Part shown: piece by piece, positions 13,524 through 25,440 of the stretch | Position numbering within the stretch: position 1 is the first letter of the stretch | How the letters are laid out: every line of letters begins with the position of its first letter | The notes under the pieces: generated by a model | Told to the model about the DNA's origin: nothing | The model's input: the letters and a program-made list of their open reading frames with translations, nothing else | Database searches by the model: none | Translations under genes and position numbers: made by a program | Source: Camelus ferus | Lineage: Eukaryota | DNA: 64,000 bases | Assembly: GCF_009834535.1 (NCBI RefSeq) | Contig: NC_045697.1 | Span: 72,108,001 to 72,172,000 of the forward strand | Reading direction: 5' to 3'

Positions 13524-13900
13524 TGTCTTAGTCTTTTAACTTGGGCTGCTATAACAAAATACCACACACTGGGTGGCTTATAAACAACAGAAATTTATTT
13601 CTCACAGTTCTGAAGGTTGAAAGTCTGAGATCAGAGTGCCAGCATGGTCTGGTGAGGGCCTTGTTTCAGGTTGCAGATTTTTTTTTTTTTTGGTATCCTC
13701 ATGTGGCAGAAGGCAGGAGCAAGCACTCTGAAGTCTCTTTTATGAGAGAAGTAATCCAAATTATGAGGGTTCTCCCCTCAGGACCTATTCACCACCCAGA
13801 GGTTTCTCCCCGCCCTCCTGCCCAGCCAATACCATCACCCTGGGGGTTAGGATTTCAGCATAGAAATTTGAGGGGGGACACAAACATCTGGACTGAAGCA
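13524..13900 (-). mobile_element. MaLR solo LTR (MLT1A/MST-like)
   Basis: TGTCTTAGTC...GGGCTGCTATAACAAAATACCAC...AACAACAGAAATTTATTTCTCACAGTTCTG...GGGGGACACAAACAT. Explains the 129-aa ORF at 13541. Confidence 0.88.
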
Positions 13901-13904
13901 ACAC

Positions 13905-14165
13905 AACATATATATGTAATAATATATTAGAGCATATATTGGTACTATGTTAATACATTATGCGTACATACTAATTATTATGTATGTATTATATGTATGT
14001 ATATTAATATATATGTATGTAGATATAATGTATAATATATTAATATGTTAATGATATAATATACAATAATGTTTATAAATATATGTGTATACATACATAT
14101 AATGTAAATATTATATAAAGCTATTATACACTTATTATACACTATAACATTATGCTTATTATACA
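13905..14165. repeat. AT-rich (TA/TATG) low-complexity tract
   Basis: Almost entirely TA, TATG and TAA units. Confidence 0.85.
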
Positions 14166-14841
14166 GGTGAAGAAACCAAAGTTCATATAAACTTTCACTT
14201 GGCAGCAGTTACACAGATAATTCAAGGTAAAGCCAATACTCCAGTTCAAGTCTGATTTCAAGTCTAGTGAAGTCTTTCCATTTCACCTTCGCTCCCATAG
14301 GCAAGAGTTATGACCTGGGTGTTTCTAAGCCTGCTGAGGTAGCTTCATGACCTGAAGCAAGTTGTGCCCCTTTACAGAAATACAGTTCACTCCTGTTCTA
14401 TTCCCAGGATGGGTCTTAGAGTTTGTAAGGCTCAGCTGTTTGAGTCTGTATTTGTGGATCCTCTTTACACACTATATAATTTTTCATTGTCAGTGTACAC
14501 ACTATGTAGATCTCAACCTCGTAACTCTCTAGACATAATTTTCAATACTCAGCTTCACAAGAAATGAAATTCATGTGATTTCAAAGATTTAGTGACAAAC
14601 ACAATACAACTTGCCCTTTCCACAATCACAATGACTGAAATTCCGCACAGGCATTTTTTTCCTTTGTATTCTGCTGGTGGCAAATGCCCTCTGATACCTG
14701 AGGGTAGATGACTTTGCAAAAACCATTCCTGAAAGCAGGTATGTACAGGATGTAGAGAAAGTGGTGGGAAACAAAGCAGAGATACAGGAAGGATAACTGG
14801 TGAGCCAAAACAAGTAGACAGAGGGCTTTTGTAGTTCTGTC

Positions 14842-15319
14842 TGCTATAGCGCGTTGAATTGTGTCCCCCCAAGAGATATGTTTCAGTCCTAACCCCAGAT
14901 ACCTGTGAACATGACCTTATTTGGAAATAGTGTCTTTACAGATATAATCAAGTTAACATGAGGTCATACTGGATTGGGGTGGGTTCTGAATCCAATGACC
15001 TGTGTTTTAGAGAGGAGAAGGAGATTTGGATACAGAGATACAGAGGAGACACAGGGAAGGCCATGTGAAGACAGAGGCAGAAGTTGGAGTAATGCCGCTA
15101 AAAGCCAAGGAACACCAAGGATTGCCAGGAGTCACCAAAAGCTAGGAAGAGGCAAGGAAGGAGTTTTCCCTAGGGCCGTCAGAGAGAGCATAGCTTGACC
15201 CTTCCAACAGCTTGATCTCTGACTTCTGGCCTTCAGAACTGTAAGAGAATAAATTCCTGTTGTTTCAAGCCACCCAATTTGTGGTCATTTGTTATGGCAG
15301 TCCTAGAAAACTAACGTAC
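14842..15319 (+). mobile_element. MaLR solo LTR (MLT1C-like)
   Basis: TTGAATTGTGTCCCCCC...GACCTTATTTGGAAATAG...GCTAGGAAGAGGCAAGGAAG...TTTGTTATGGCAGTCCTAGAAAACTAA. Confidence 0.88.
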
Positions 15320-16897
15320 CCACTTAACAGATCCCCCATGCCTACCCCATCTCAATTTTAAGTTCAATGTACAGGATAATCTTGAATTTCAAATTTAGTC
15401 CTTTTAACTAATTAGCACTCTTTAATTTTTGTCACACTGGCTCTATTAACAACACTGTCTATTTCTTTCAGCAATGGGCTACCACTCCACACAGAATGAA
15501 TTATGTGAATGTTCACACGTACCCGATAATGAAAAGGAAAACTATTTCCCTAAAACTCTGTTGTTTCATGGGAGTTTGCACTCTTTATACTCATGTCAGA
15601 GGCAGTAAACATTTTATATAAACTATACATTAATCTACTAAAATATAATATTGGCACAATTTCTAATAATGTCATAAATAATAACAGAGTTTCTAAAAAG
15701 TCTTTGTCTTCAGTCGTTATAAACCCCCTGAATTCTAGCTGTTCAAACAAATTCTGGGAGCTAAGTGAAACAGTTTGAAGGAGGATTGTTGGTTGGTTCC
15801 AAAGTCACGGCAGAGATTCACCCCAGATCCAATCAAATGGATCTCTGGTCCTCTGCCAAACACTCCACCAAGAATATTCTTATAACCCTGGGGAGGAAGG
15901 GAGGAGGGCAAGGAGTGGACATGAAGGGAGTATTGCTAGGGGCAATCTAATGCCATAGCAACATTGCCTGGTGATTTCTGATGTTTTAAAGTTGTTACTG
16001 AACTCAGTAGTGAGATAATTAACTCTAAAATATCTATTTTTGCCCAGGTTTCTTATTTAGGGAACTAATCTATCCCAAGGCACCCCAGTCCGTGCCTAGC
16101 ACAGTGTCTGGCATGTAAAGCAGCTCAAACGCTAGTGACTGGTGAGCCCTGGGAGGCCCGTCTGTGGGTTCCAGCAGTGGTCTCTTCAGAAAAATGCGAC
16201 AGATTCCCATCTGCCAGATTGGTATTTCTTTATGAACTGTGACCCAAAACCATTGCTCCCACCATCACTATAATTCCACCCACAGGAATTATCCTAAAGG
16301 CCTGACAAAGCCCTGTAAATTAAAGTTCTGAATGTCAAAACGAGGAGATGGGAGACCTCGCCAAAAACCAGTATTTGTTATGGACAAAAGTCAGTTATGC
16401 TATGGAAATTCCAGTTTAATCTGTGAAGAGATTTGAGAGTAACTGAGACCACTTAAATGGACTATACACATGAGATTTATTTTTATACACAGCATGCTTG
16501 GCTCCAAGCCGACCCATCATCCCCTCCAGATGCCGGGGCCTGTCTTTAGGGGATCTGGACCGCCCGACTCTTACAGCCGCACTGCCGCCGCCTCCGCGCC
16601 GCCCGCCTCCCGGGACGACTGGGCCCCGCCGGCGCTTCCAGGGGGCGTCCCGGTCCGCTGCTGCCCGCGGGGCTCTGGGAGCGAGGGCTGGGGAGCAGGA
16701 GCCCCGCAGGGGACCCCGGCGTCCGGGCGGTGGAACGCGCGCCCCGCAGCGGCCCCGAGGGGCGGGCGCCGAGCCGGCCGGCGAGGCCGGGCGGGGGGCG
16801 CACGGCCCCCCAGGAGTGCGGGCTTCCCCCACCCCCGGCGGCGACCCCACCTCCCGCCCCCGTGGCGTGCGCGCGTGTGTCCGTCTGTCTGTCTTCT

Positions 16898-16929
16898 CGA
16901 CGTCAGTGGGAATTTCCAGCCAGGAAGTG
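16898..16929 (+). promoter_or_regulatory. Core promoter cluster: CRE/ATF-like CGACGTCA (16898-16905), kB site GGGAATTTCC (16908-16917), ETS site CCAGGAAGTG (16920-16929)
   Basis: Motifs read directly from the sequence immediately upstream of exon 1. NFKB1 is known to be autoregulated by NF-kB. Confidence 0.85.
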
Positions 16930-17419
16930 AGAGAGTGAGCGAGAGAGAAAGAGAGAGAAGTGCACCAGCGAGCCGGGGCAGGAAGAGGAGGTTTCGCCAC
17001 CGGAGCGGCCCGGCGACGCGCTGACAGCTTCCCCTGCCCTTCACGTCCGTCGGGCCTCTCGCCGCCGTCGCCGCCCTCGGCCTGCGCCCCGCCGCCGGCC
17101 CCGCTCCGAGCGCCCAGCGCAGCCCAGGCCAGAGCCGCCGCGGCCGGGAAGGCGGCGACGCCGCGGCCCCGCAACCGCGCGCCCGGCGTTCCCTCCGCCC
17201 GCGCTGCGGACATGGCGCGGCGCTGACTGGCCCGGAGAGACCGCGCGCCCGCCCGCCCGCCCGGACCCGACCCGACCCGGCCCGCCCCGCCCCGCACCCG
17301 CACCCGGACCCGCTCCGGCTCCGGCCGGCCGCCGCCTCTTCGTTCCCCGGCCCCCAGGCCCGCGCCGCCCCGGAGGGAGCCGCAAGCGCAGGGAGGCCGA
17401 GCGCGGACGCGCCAGCAGG
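16927..17419 (+). other. NFKB1: NFKB1 exon 1 (non-coding 5'UTR; start approximate)
   Basis: Begins GTGAGAGAGTGAGCGAGAGAGAAAGAGAGAGAAGTGCACCAGCGAGCCGGGGCAGGAAGAGGAGGTTTCGCCACCGGAGCGGCC, like the recalled mammalian NFKB1 mRNA 5' end. Ends at the strong donor CAGG|GTAAGC (GT at 17420-17421). Confidence 0.88.
17212..17226 (+). other. Upstream ORF in the NFKB1 5'UTR (Met-Ala-Arg-Arg-stop)
   Basis: GAC ATG GCG CGG CGC TGA, strong Kozak context. It is the only ATG I found in exon 1. Confidence 0.7.
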
Positions 17420-18190
17420 GTAAGCCAAACTCGGGCGAGTGGGGCCGCGCCGGCGACTTGCGGCTCGACTCCCGCCGCCCACCCGCCCCGCACCCCTCCG
17501 GCCCCTCTCCGACTTCCTCATTCCTGCGCTAACCGCTCGGCCAGACCGTAGGAGGAGGTTGACAGCAGTGGAGAGGCACATGGGATCGGCGAGAGGGGAG
17601 AAAGGCACATCCGGACTCGGCACGGGCCGGAGGGCCGCGGCTGCCCGGGCCGTCCTTTCTCCTCCGTCCCTCCGCCGGGCGGGAACGGGAAGCGGAGGGG
17701 AACTCGGGCAAACTTTTTTGACATCCCCCCACCCCTGCTGGGGGTGGCTTGAGGGTTGAGGTGCTCTTGGGCGCGGAGGAGAGAGGGGAAGGTGGTTGGT
17801 GCAGTGCCGAACCAGATTTCACCTAAGGGCGTTCCATGAAATGAAAGCAGAAGTGCATGTCAGTCCTCTTGGCTGGGAAAGCCCTCCCCAGCTCCCCCAG
17901 ACTGAAGCTTTATTCCTTGTCACGTACTTCCAGAAGAAGCCCCCAGTTCACATACACACCCTCACCAGGAAATGATACATTCACCTACTGTAGGACCTGT
18001 ACCTTCGTTTTTAAAAACATAAGGAGGGCCTGGTACTAATCCTACAGGGCCTGGCATTTGAGAACGAAATTTCCCACTTAGAACACTTTTTTAGACACTC
18101 TAATTATGTGAAACACTTGAACAACGGCACCATGTGTTGTGCATGACCTCTAGAACAGAAATAATGATACAGACAAAACCTATCATAACA

Positions 18191-18490
18191 TTTTAAAGGA
18201 ATAAATTTTAAGAATATCTTGAGTTTCCGTATAGATTTTTGATAAAGTAGTCAAAACACCGTCTTTTCCTTCTTCAGAACTTGTTAGTAGATGTGCTGTT
18301 CTGAGCATAGAGATGACTGCGGTAGAAAGTGTATCTGGGAATGCAGAGTACTTTAACCAATAGAGTAAATGTTCAGATTATGCTCTGCCAATCTGTGGAT
18401 TGAACAGGAATCACATGAGCAGAAATGGTGTATAAGAATCAATGGCCACACAAAATCTCTCATTTATTTACCATAGTGGGTTAGGAAGCT
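18191..18490 (+). repeat. Diverged direct repeat, copy 1 (copy 2 at ~19957-20260)
   Basis: Colinear shared blocks such as TAGATTTTTGAT, CTTCTTCAGAACTT, TATCTGGGAATGCAGAGTACTTT, TTCAGATTATG and ACAGGAATCACAT. Confidence 0.9.
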
Positions 18491-19956
18491 TGCAGGAAGA
18501 TTGGTTGCTGGGTTGATTGATTTTGATGATCAAGATTTCAGACTTTCATGGGCTTCATTAAGTAGGGTTTTCCAGCATTGCAGCTAACTAAAGAACTATA
18601 TTTAACTTAAAGATTTTATTATAAAGCCCATAATCTGAGAAAATGACTAGGGTATTATTAAAATATTTAATAGCCCTGTCAGAAATGTTCTACAACCTGG
18701 TGATCTTTGGTAAACGTTAACGCTTGGGATCTAAATGTTGAGTGCTTATTTTTCTAGCAAAATACCTCAATTGAATACTCCTGAGTAGTTTAAATTGCAT
18801 TTGTGTTTGCTAACTGTGAAAGGAAATCCAATTAAAATAAAGCCTTTAGCTGAAGTATGTTGTTTTCCTGATTTTAATATTGTGCTTTCTAGAGATGAAT
18901 CCCTTTACTATTTGATGCACTAAAGAAATTATGTAAATAACTTAAAGCAAAATATTTTTGAGCTTATGAACTTGAGAGGCCAGGGAATAAAAAGAGATTT
19001 GTTTCCTATAGCATTTTACATTTATGATGTAATTAAATTGCTGAGGTAAGAACATTTATGATAAATGGGAACATGAAATCTCCTGAAATTATTCATCTGT
19101 GTTGGTATACCTGCAACTCCTCAAAGCCCCCTGGAGCTTGTTTAGATAAAATGTCTTCCTGGGCCACAGCCTACTGGACAAATATGAACACAAAGAAAGA
19201 CTCATTATGTGTAGATTTAATGCTGGCACTGAAATACTGCTTGCTGTGAATAGAAAACCACGTCTAACCTTGTTTGAAAGACTTTTAAAGAAAATATTGT
19301 AATCCAATTAGGGACTGGTGGTGATTTAAAAATCTGTTATCTTTGTTTTGAACTTTCAGTTTTATCTGATGTTCTGAAATTGGCATTCACATGGGCTGAA
19401 CAAACGCCCCTGTTTTTCAAAGCCCGTTAGTAAATACTGGAGTATACATACAAAAATAGTTGTTCCCCTTTGTAAGCACTCCTTTGATCTTTGCACTTCC
19501 TTCTTACTTCTACCTCTTAAACAAGATCATTTGTAATGACTGGGTTGCACTTGGTGAAAGCTCAATTCGTCTGAAATGGGCAGAATTTTAGATTTAGAGA
19601 ACACAGTCCTCATATTTCTCTTGCCATGTTTCTTGGAACAAATTGACGCCAGTCAAGAAACTAAGTTTATGCAAGTTGTTTTTACTACTGCTTTTAGACT
19701 TCCAGATAATTGATGAAGTCAGTTGCGACTCAGACTTCCAGGGATTGCTCATTGTGGTACATGGAAGGTCTCAATAAGGAATTGGCAGCTACAGGAATCT
19801 TGAATTATCATTCAATCAGCAAGCCCTTATTTTTACCTAATTTATGAGAGGTATTCCCCTGTTCAGAAGAGGTGAAAGTTCTGGCTTTTGGGGGAAGTGG
19901 TTACTTCATAACCTTCAATCAGTTTGAACTTGGGAGAAGTAAGAACAGTAGTTGGT

Positions 19957-20260
19957 ATTTTAAAACAATAAATTTAAAAAATGGTATCTAAGTTTTTGTG
20001 TAGATTTTTGATCAGTTAGTCAAAATACCTTTATCTTCTTCAGAACTTAGTAGTAGAAGTTCTGTTCTGAACGCAGTCTGAGAGGACTGCAGTAGGAAGT
20101 ATATCTGGGAATGCAGAGTACTTTTAACCGACAGAGTATAAATATTCAGATTATGTTCTTATACAGATTGACAGGAATCACATTAGCAGGAGCAAATGTT
20201 TAAGAATCAGTGGCTATGCAAAATTTCTCATTGATTTACCTCACTTTTAGTAGGAAGGTT
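19957..20260 (+). repeat. Diverged direct repeat, copy 2 (copy 1 at ~18191-18490)
   Basis: Same colinear blocks as copy 1. Confidence 0.9.
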
Positions 20261-23200
20261 GTTTTGTTTGGCTGATTGGTTTTCTGTTTATAAAATGAAT
20301 CATATAAGGTTCTGGGAATTAATTCTCATTTGCCCTCTTGTATCTCCTATAAATGCTGAATTCCCCTGTCGTGTTCTTAGAGGTGAGCGGGTAAATCATC
20401 AGAAGCATACATACCCCTCTGAGTTGACCCTGTCACTGTTGAGGAGACCTTAAGTGTTTTAAAGATAGAGGCATTCATTCATTCATCTTCAGAGAGGAAA
20501 GCTGAGACTTGGAACATAGTTTAACAAGTCATTTTGGCTCCTTGACTGTGTTTTGTTTTGTTTTAATGAAAAAAATAAAAAGATTAATATTTGAAACCAG
20601 GTAATTTGGTAGAGTTAATCATTAGGGTAATATTACTAAGACACTTGTCTTTGTAATATTTCATTAATTAGTATCCAGTGCCTCACTGTTAGATGAAAAA
20701 AGTAGCATTTTTTTTTTCACGATGGTGAAATTGCTTCATACCTTTGGTCTCTTGTTTTAGAGAGGATTCCTGAGTGCAGATTAACATGCTCTCATGTTTT
20801 CAGGTGAGGTTGGTAGTCCTACTCTTGTGTATCAGCTAGTAGTTTAGAAAATAAGTTGTGACATAGCATCTTGTTGCTTCACTTCAAGTTTAAACCTTAA
20901 CAGTTCTACACGAAAGTGATGTAAGATGTGATTTGTTAAGGAGTATAGACTCTTCAGAAGTATAGATTGTGGATGAAAATACTTTGTTAGATTTAGTGTT
21001 AATCATAATAAGATACCATTGTACTTAGAATTTTTATCATTGTATTTTGTTTTTAAAAGATCAATTATCATTCTCTCTATTTTTTACAGTAACTAATAGA
21101 TTTAATTATCAGTAGTGCACATCTCAGCTGCTTTAATTTGTTGCCGGTTTTTGGAATTAGAATAATGGAATGAATGCTTTAATTCCTCATTACAAATTGG
21201 CTTACTACTTTTCACTTACTTTTCACTATTAGGCCAAAAATCTTATAACCAGGTTTTATTCTGACCCATACTTGCAACAGATATTAGTACATTTAATCTA
21301 TAGACTCTATTTCTTTAAACTGTGAAAAAAAATCCGACTGAGGGAGCTTTAAAGAAGAATGTAGAGATTCTATATGGCTTATTCTTTAAAAAGAAGAGGA
21401 AAGTAACTATCTGAGAGAATTGAAATCCCACAGTTCTAGCTAAAAAGAAATCATATCTAATTTGTCTCTAATCTATACTGACAAATATCTGATGCTTAAT
21501 TCTGTGCTTGTTGCTACATAGTGAGTAATCGATAACTATTTGTTGAATGAAGAAATCCCATAAGTTTTGCTGCATTTTGTTTGTTTAAAAAAGGGCAGTC
21601 ATTTTCTGCAAGGAACAAAAATTACACTGTTTTACCTTGCCTTCTGGGAAGAAGAATCCAAAAGCTAATTCTTGCTTCCTAGATATCATATTCTTATCTA
21701 AAGAGCATTTGAAATTTATTAGAACAAATAATTTATTAAAAAGTACCCTGTGCCTTCCAAAAGGGAAGCATTTCATTCTGAAAGAGTTTATGAACTAGAA
21801 AAAAAAATAGCTTTTAGTTTGAAAGTTTTAGAGGCACTTATCAAGCAAGGTAATAAAGTAATTAAAATGATAAAAGGTGCTTATACAATTAAAAAATGTA
21901 ACTTTGCAGCTATGCTAGAATTTTTCTGAGCTCCATTGAAACTGTAATTTCAGTACTAGCATCTTCAAAAAAAGAAACAATGCTACAAGCGCTACTTTGT
22001 AATCCAAAGATTGCTCAAGCCTATCTAAATTAATCAGTCAGAAAGTAAAATATGTTATGACATCCAGAATTAAATACTTAACGACCTATAAAAATTTGTG
22101 GGGGCTGGGGGCATTATAGCTGGAAAACCTCAGGATCAAGCACACAGCCCACAAGGATTACAGTTCTTTCATATTTTAATGACTTTGCAACACTACAAAA
22201 CTTGGAGCCTCATCATGGGAGTATTTTGTTGATTATTTCTTATTTGTAGCATTTTCAGAAAATTGTCCTTGAAACTCCAAATCTAACCATTTATTCTCCG
22301 TGGGCATAATTTATTAAATGAAATATACCATCAGAACTGTAAAAGGACACAGTGCCAAACATTCCCAGTCCTGGTGTCATGCCCTCAGGGAGAGTCAGAA
22401 CCATTTTATTGAAAACCCCTAGCTTCTGTCCACTGCTTTGCTGTCCACTTGATTCTGACCCTGACCTCTCTTCAAATCATTTCATTAACATACATTCAAG
22501 TTTTAAAAATTAATTTTAAAACTTGTTACAAGTACATCTATGTATAATCATTTTTGTTGTTGCCAACAAACTGAAGAAACTAAATGTTTACTTGTATAAC
22601 AAGGGCATTGTAAAGCTGTCATTGTTGAAAAGTACCCTGAAATACTTGTTAGTTAAAATAATAAAAGAATCCAAGTACTCTGTAGCTTCCCTGTGAGAAG
22701 ACTAGCAGAGAGCGATAAATTTTGCTATGTTCCATTATATAATCAGCTCAATCTGCAGCTTCTGGGCATAAACAAAAACACAAAGCTATAATGTTGTCTT
22801 AACCTTCACCATACCAGTCAAAAAATATGTAGGCAGTTCAAACATTTCATACTGGAAGATGAAGCTTTGGATTTTTCTTAGATTTAAGCCTTTTGATATA
22901 TAAGATTCACATTAGCATTTGTATGTGACATTTTCTTTTTTTGCTAACTTGAACTAAAAAAATACAAAGCTTACGTTAAGTTAAGCACACTTCATATAAG
23001 GAGTTTAATTAACATTAAAAAATTTGATTGCCATAATGAATTTTGTTAGTCAAAATAGCAGTTATATTTTAAAATTATTTATTATTTTTATTATTCATTT
23101 TTTATTTGTCATGTGATTTACTAAACATATCATACTATATCTCAGTGTCAAGGCATACATATCCCTCATTTTTATCTCCAGAAGTCAATTCTAACATAAT

Positions 23201-24480
23201 ATCAATCATGAAAGAAAAAAAATTAAAAGTGATGACAGATTCCCTAATCAGCCTACCTAATCATTGATTCTTTGTCCAAGCCTGCAGTTCGTTTAAACCA
23301 TGAAAATAAATTGCTCGTCTTAGAAAATATGCCTTCCAAGATAAGGATTTTAGGAATGAGGAGAATGACTATTTTTTAATATTTTAACGTGAATCCCTCA
23401 CTCATGTTGTATTGATATTTGAAGGGCTTCTTTGACTGCCAGTTCTTAATTTAGGTATTGGTTTATTTACCAGGATTGAACCATTTATCAGTGTTTGATC
23501 ATCAAGACTTGATTTATAAAGAGTGTCTTTTTCTTTTAAATGGGGGCTAGGTGTGGTGGTGAGGTCAAAGGAAAAGAATCCCTTATAGTGTGCAGCGTCT
23601 AGTATAATGCTGTCAATATAATGCAAACACCTTTATGACTTATAAAGTTGAAATAAAGACAGTGTGGAAAAATGGAAGGAGTGTGAATGGCTGTTCATAT
23701 GGAGGAAATTTAAAGTAGAAAGGAAGAAACATGAAGGTAAAAAATAAAAGTTAAATTTAATCTCAAAAAAAGTGATCAAATGAAGGATAATGAAAGCATA
23801 GACAAAGGTTTGGGGGTGAGAGTCCTCTATAAAATTAGATCCTGGACTTTATCATAGAAAATATCTAGAAAAATAATCTAGAAAGTGAATCTGAATTCCA
23901 GAGAAAAGGCTAAAAATCTATATATCATGGATGAGAAGGGGAGGGTCGTAATGAAAAGAGTGACAGAGAGATTGCCCTTGAATAGAACTTTTTTATAGAC
24001 ATTTCACTGTGGCTTATCCTACTTTTGATTAATTGAAAACAATGGTGATTTCCCACACATTCTGAAGTCAGTTGTGTTGTTAAGCAGACCTCATTACATG
24101 AGGGAAGTTAACATCAGAAGCATGGTGTCTGACAATAGTTAGATGCGCTTCCTTGCTTTCATGCTATATCATAGCGTTCATTTGATACACTGTCTTTATG
24201 ATTTCTCCATGTGTTTACACAGTTTCCCATTTGAGATATCTAACTGAACTTAACAAGCACACCTTGGAACATTTTAATATTTCCTAACTATTTTAAAGCA
24301 TTGCTTTATCAGTCATTTACCTTGAAGTTCTTTTTTATGACGGGCAGGGAAAGTATCCTTTTTCTCTTAGAAAGTCTACCATAATAGCTAAGTAGGAATT
24401 AGTCCAAGTTGTTTAGAGAGGTAGTTCAATCTTGTGTTGAAGTAGATGGTTGATTTAGGGGGCAATTGTGCTATAATACG

Positions 24481-24580
24481 TATTTATTTATTTATTTATT
24501 TTAATGGGGGTACTGAGGATTGAACCCAGGACCTCATACATACTAGGCATGCACTCTACCATTGAGCTATACCCTCCCCC
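24481..24580 (-). mobile_element. tRNA-derived SINE (camelid Vic-1-like)
   Basis: Reverse complement reads GGGGGAGGGTATAGCTCAATGGTAGAGTGCATGCCTAG...GGTCCTGGGTTCAATCCTCAGTACC with a (TAAA)n tail. Confidence 0.88.
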
Positions 24581-24779
24581 CATACTTACTAAATATGTGT
24601 TGAGCTGAAGGAGTCTAGTCATTCAAGGTAAGCCATAGAAAACAATAATTTATTGCTGAGGCACTTAATTATTGTGACATAGATGTCACCATCGGTATTA
24701 TAATCATCATTCCCATCCACCAAATTGCTACTCCTAGCATATTAGGGAATACAGTTTTTAGCCCACCATGGTCCATTCA

Positions 24780-25440
24780 GTAGGTTTCTTACGCCAGAAA
24801 TCTAGGAATCCATTCTTCACACTTACTCACCTATCTCCTCCAGTCTGTCACCAAGTTCTGTCAGTTCAGCCTCATCTCCAGAATCCATCCCTTCCTCATT
24901 GAATTTCTAGCTTTCATTTTTGCATTGTCTCCTGATGTCTTCTCTCCTGTTTCTATTCCATCCTTTATTCCGGCATAAAAGTCAGCTTTCCAAAGTGCAA
25001 GTCTGATCATGTCACAGTCATTGTATTTCTGAAATGAACCTCCATTGTCTTCGTAAACTGCTTCCTGCACACTTCACCGCATACCCTTGCTCCTCACCCA
25101 CCCGCTATGTCTCAAGTCATCCATATCAATTTTCAGTTCCTTATCTGCCATGTTTTCTCACTTTGAATACCTCTGCATATGCACCCCCTGTGTGAGGAGT
25201 GCCCTTTCCTTCCCAGGCATGGTGCTAACTACTCAACCTTCAGGCGTGGCTTAGGCATCACCATCTCTCTGTCCCTTCTCCATTTGTTCTCCCCAACCTC
25301 CCCATAAGGAGTTGTGTGTTCCCAGTCCATATGCTCTTGACTTCTTATGCTTTCTAGACAGGAAATATCTTGAGGGCAGGGATTTTATCTTAACGTTTTA
25401 TCTGCCCAGCACCCAGTAAGTTTGCTGTATGAATAAGTAA
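24780..25440 (+). mobile_element. L2 fragment
   Basis: CCAGAAATCTAGGAATC...AGTCTGATCATGTCAC...CTTGAGGGCAGGGA...TGAATAA, an L2 3'-end pattern. Confidence 0.6.

Larger units (their letters stand above)
16540..17780. promoter_or_regulatory. CpG island / TATA-less NFKB1 promoter
   Basis: Abrupt switch to very GC- and CpG-rich sequence with many GC boxes, set in an AT-rich, CpG-depleted background and spanning exon 1. Confidence 0.95.

Noticed and set aside
13541..13930. 129-aa ORF, and similar ORFs at 14974, 39092 and 59922
   Set aside because: They lie within MaLR LTR relics and are chance open frames.
5277..16338. Exact 17-mer AAAGTTCTGAATGTCAA at ~5277 and ~16322
   Set aside because: The flanks do not align, and one such AT-rich match is plausible by chance in 64 kb.
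16416..17822. Long overlapping ORFs (up to 350 aa) on both strands
   Set aside because: These are stop-poor by-products of the GC-rich CpG island. The translations are low-complexity Ala/Gly/Pro/Arg with no recognisable domain, and several lack an ATG start.
24481..24580. tRNA-like A/B-box sequences (also at 5008, 29101 and 46214) as tRNA genes
   Set aside because: A-rich tails, TSDs and the lack of an intact cloverleaf indicate SINEs.
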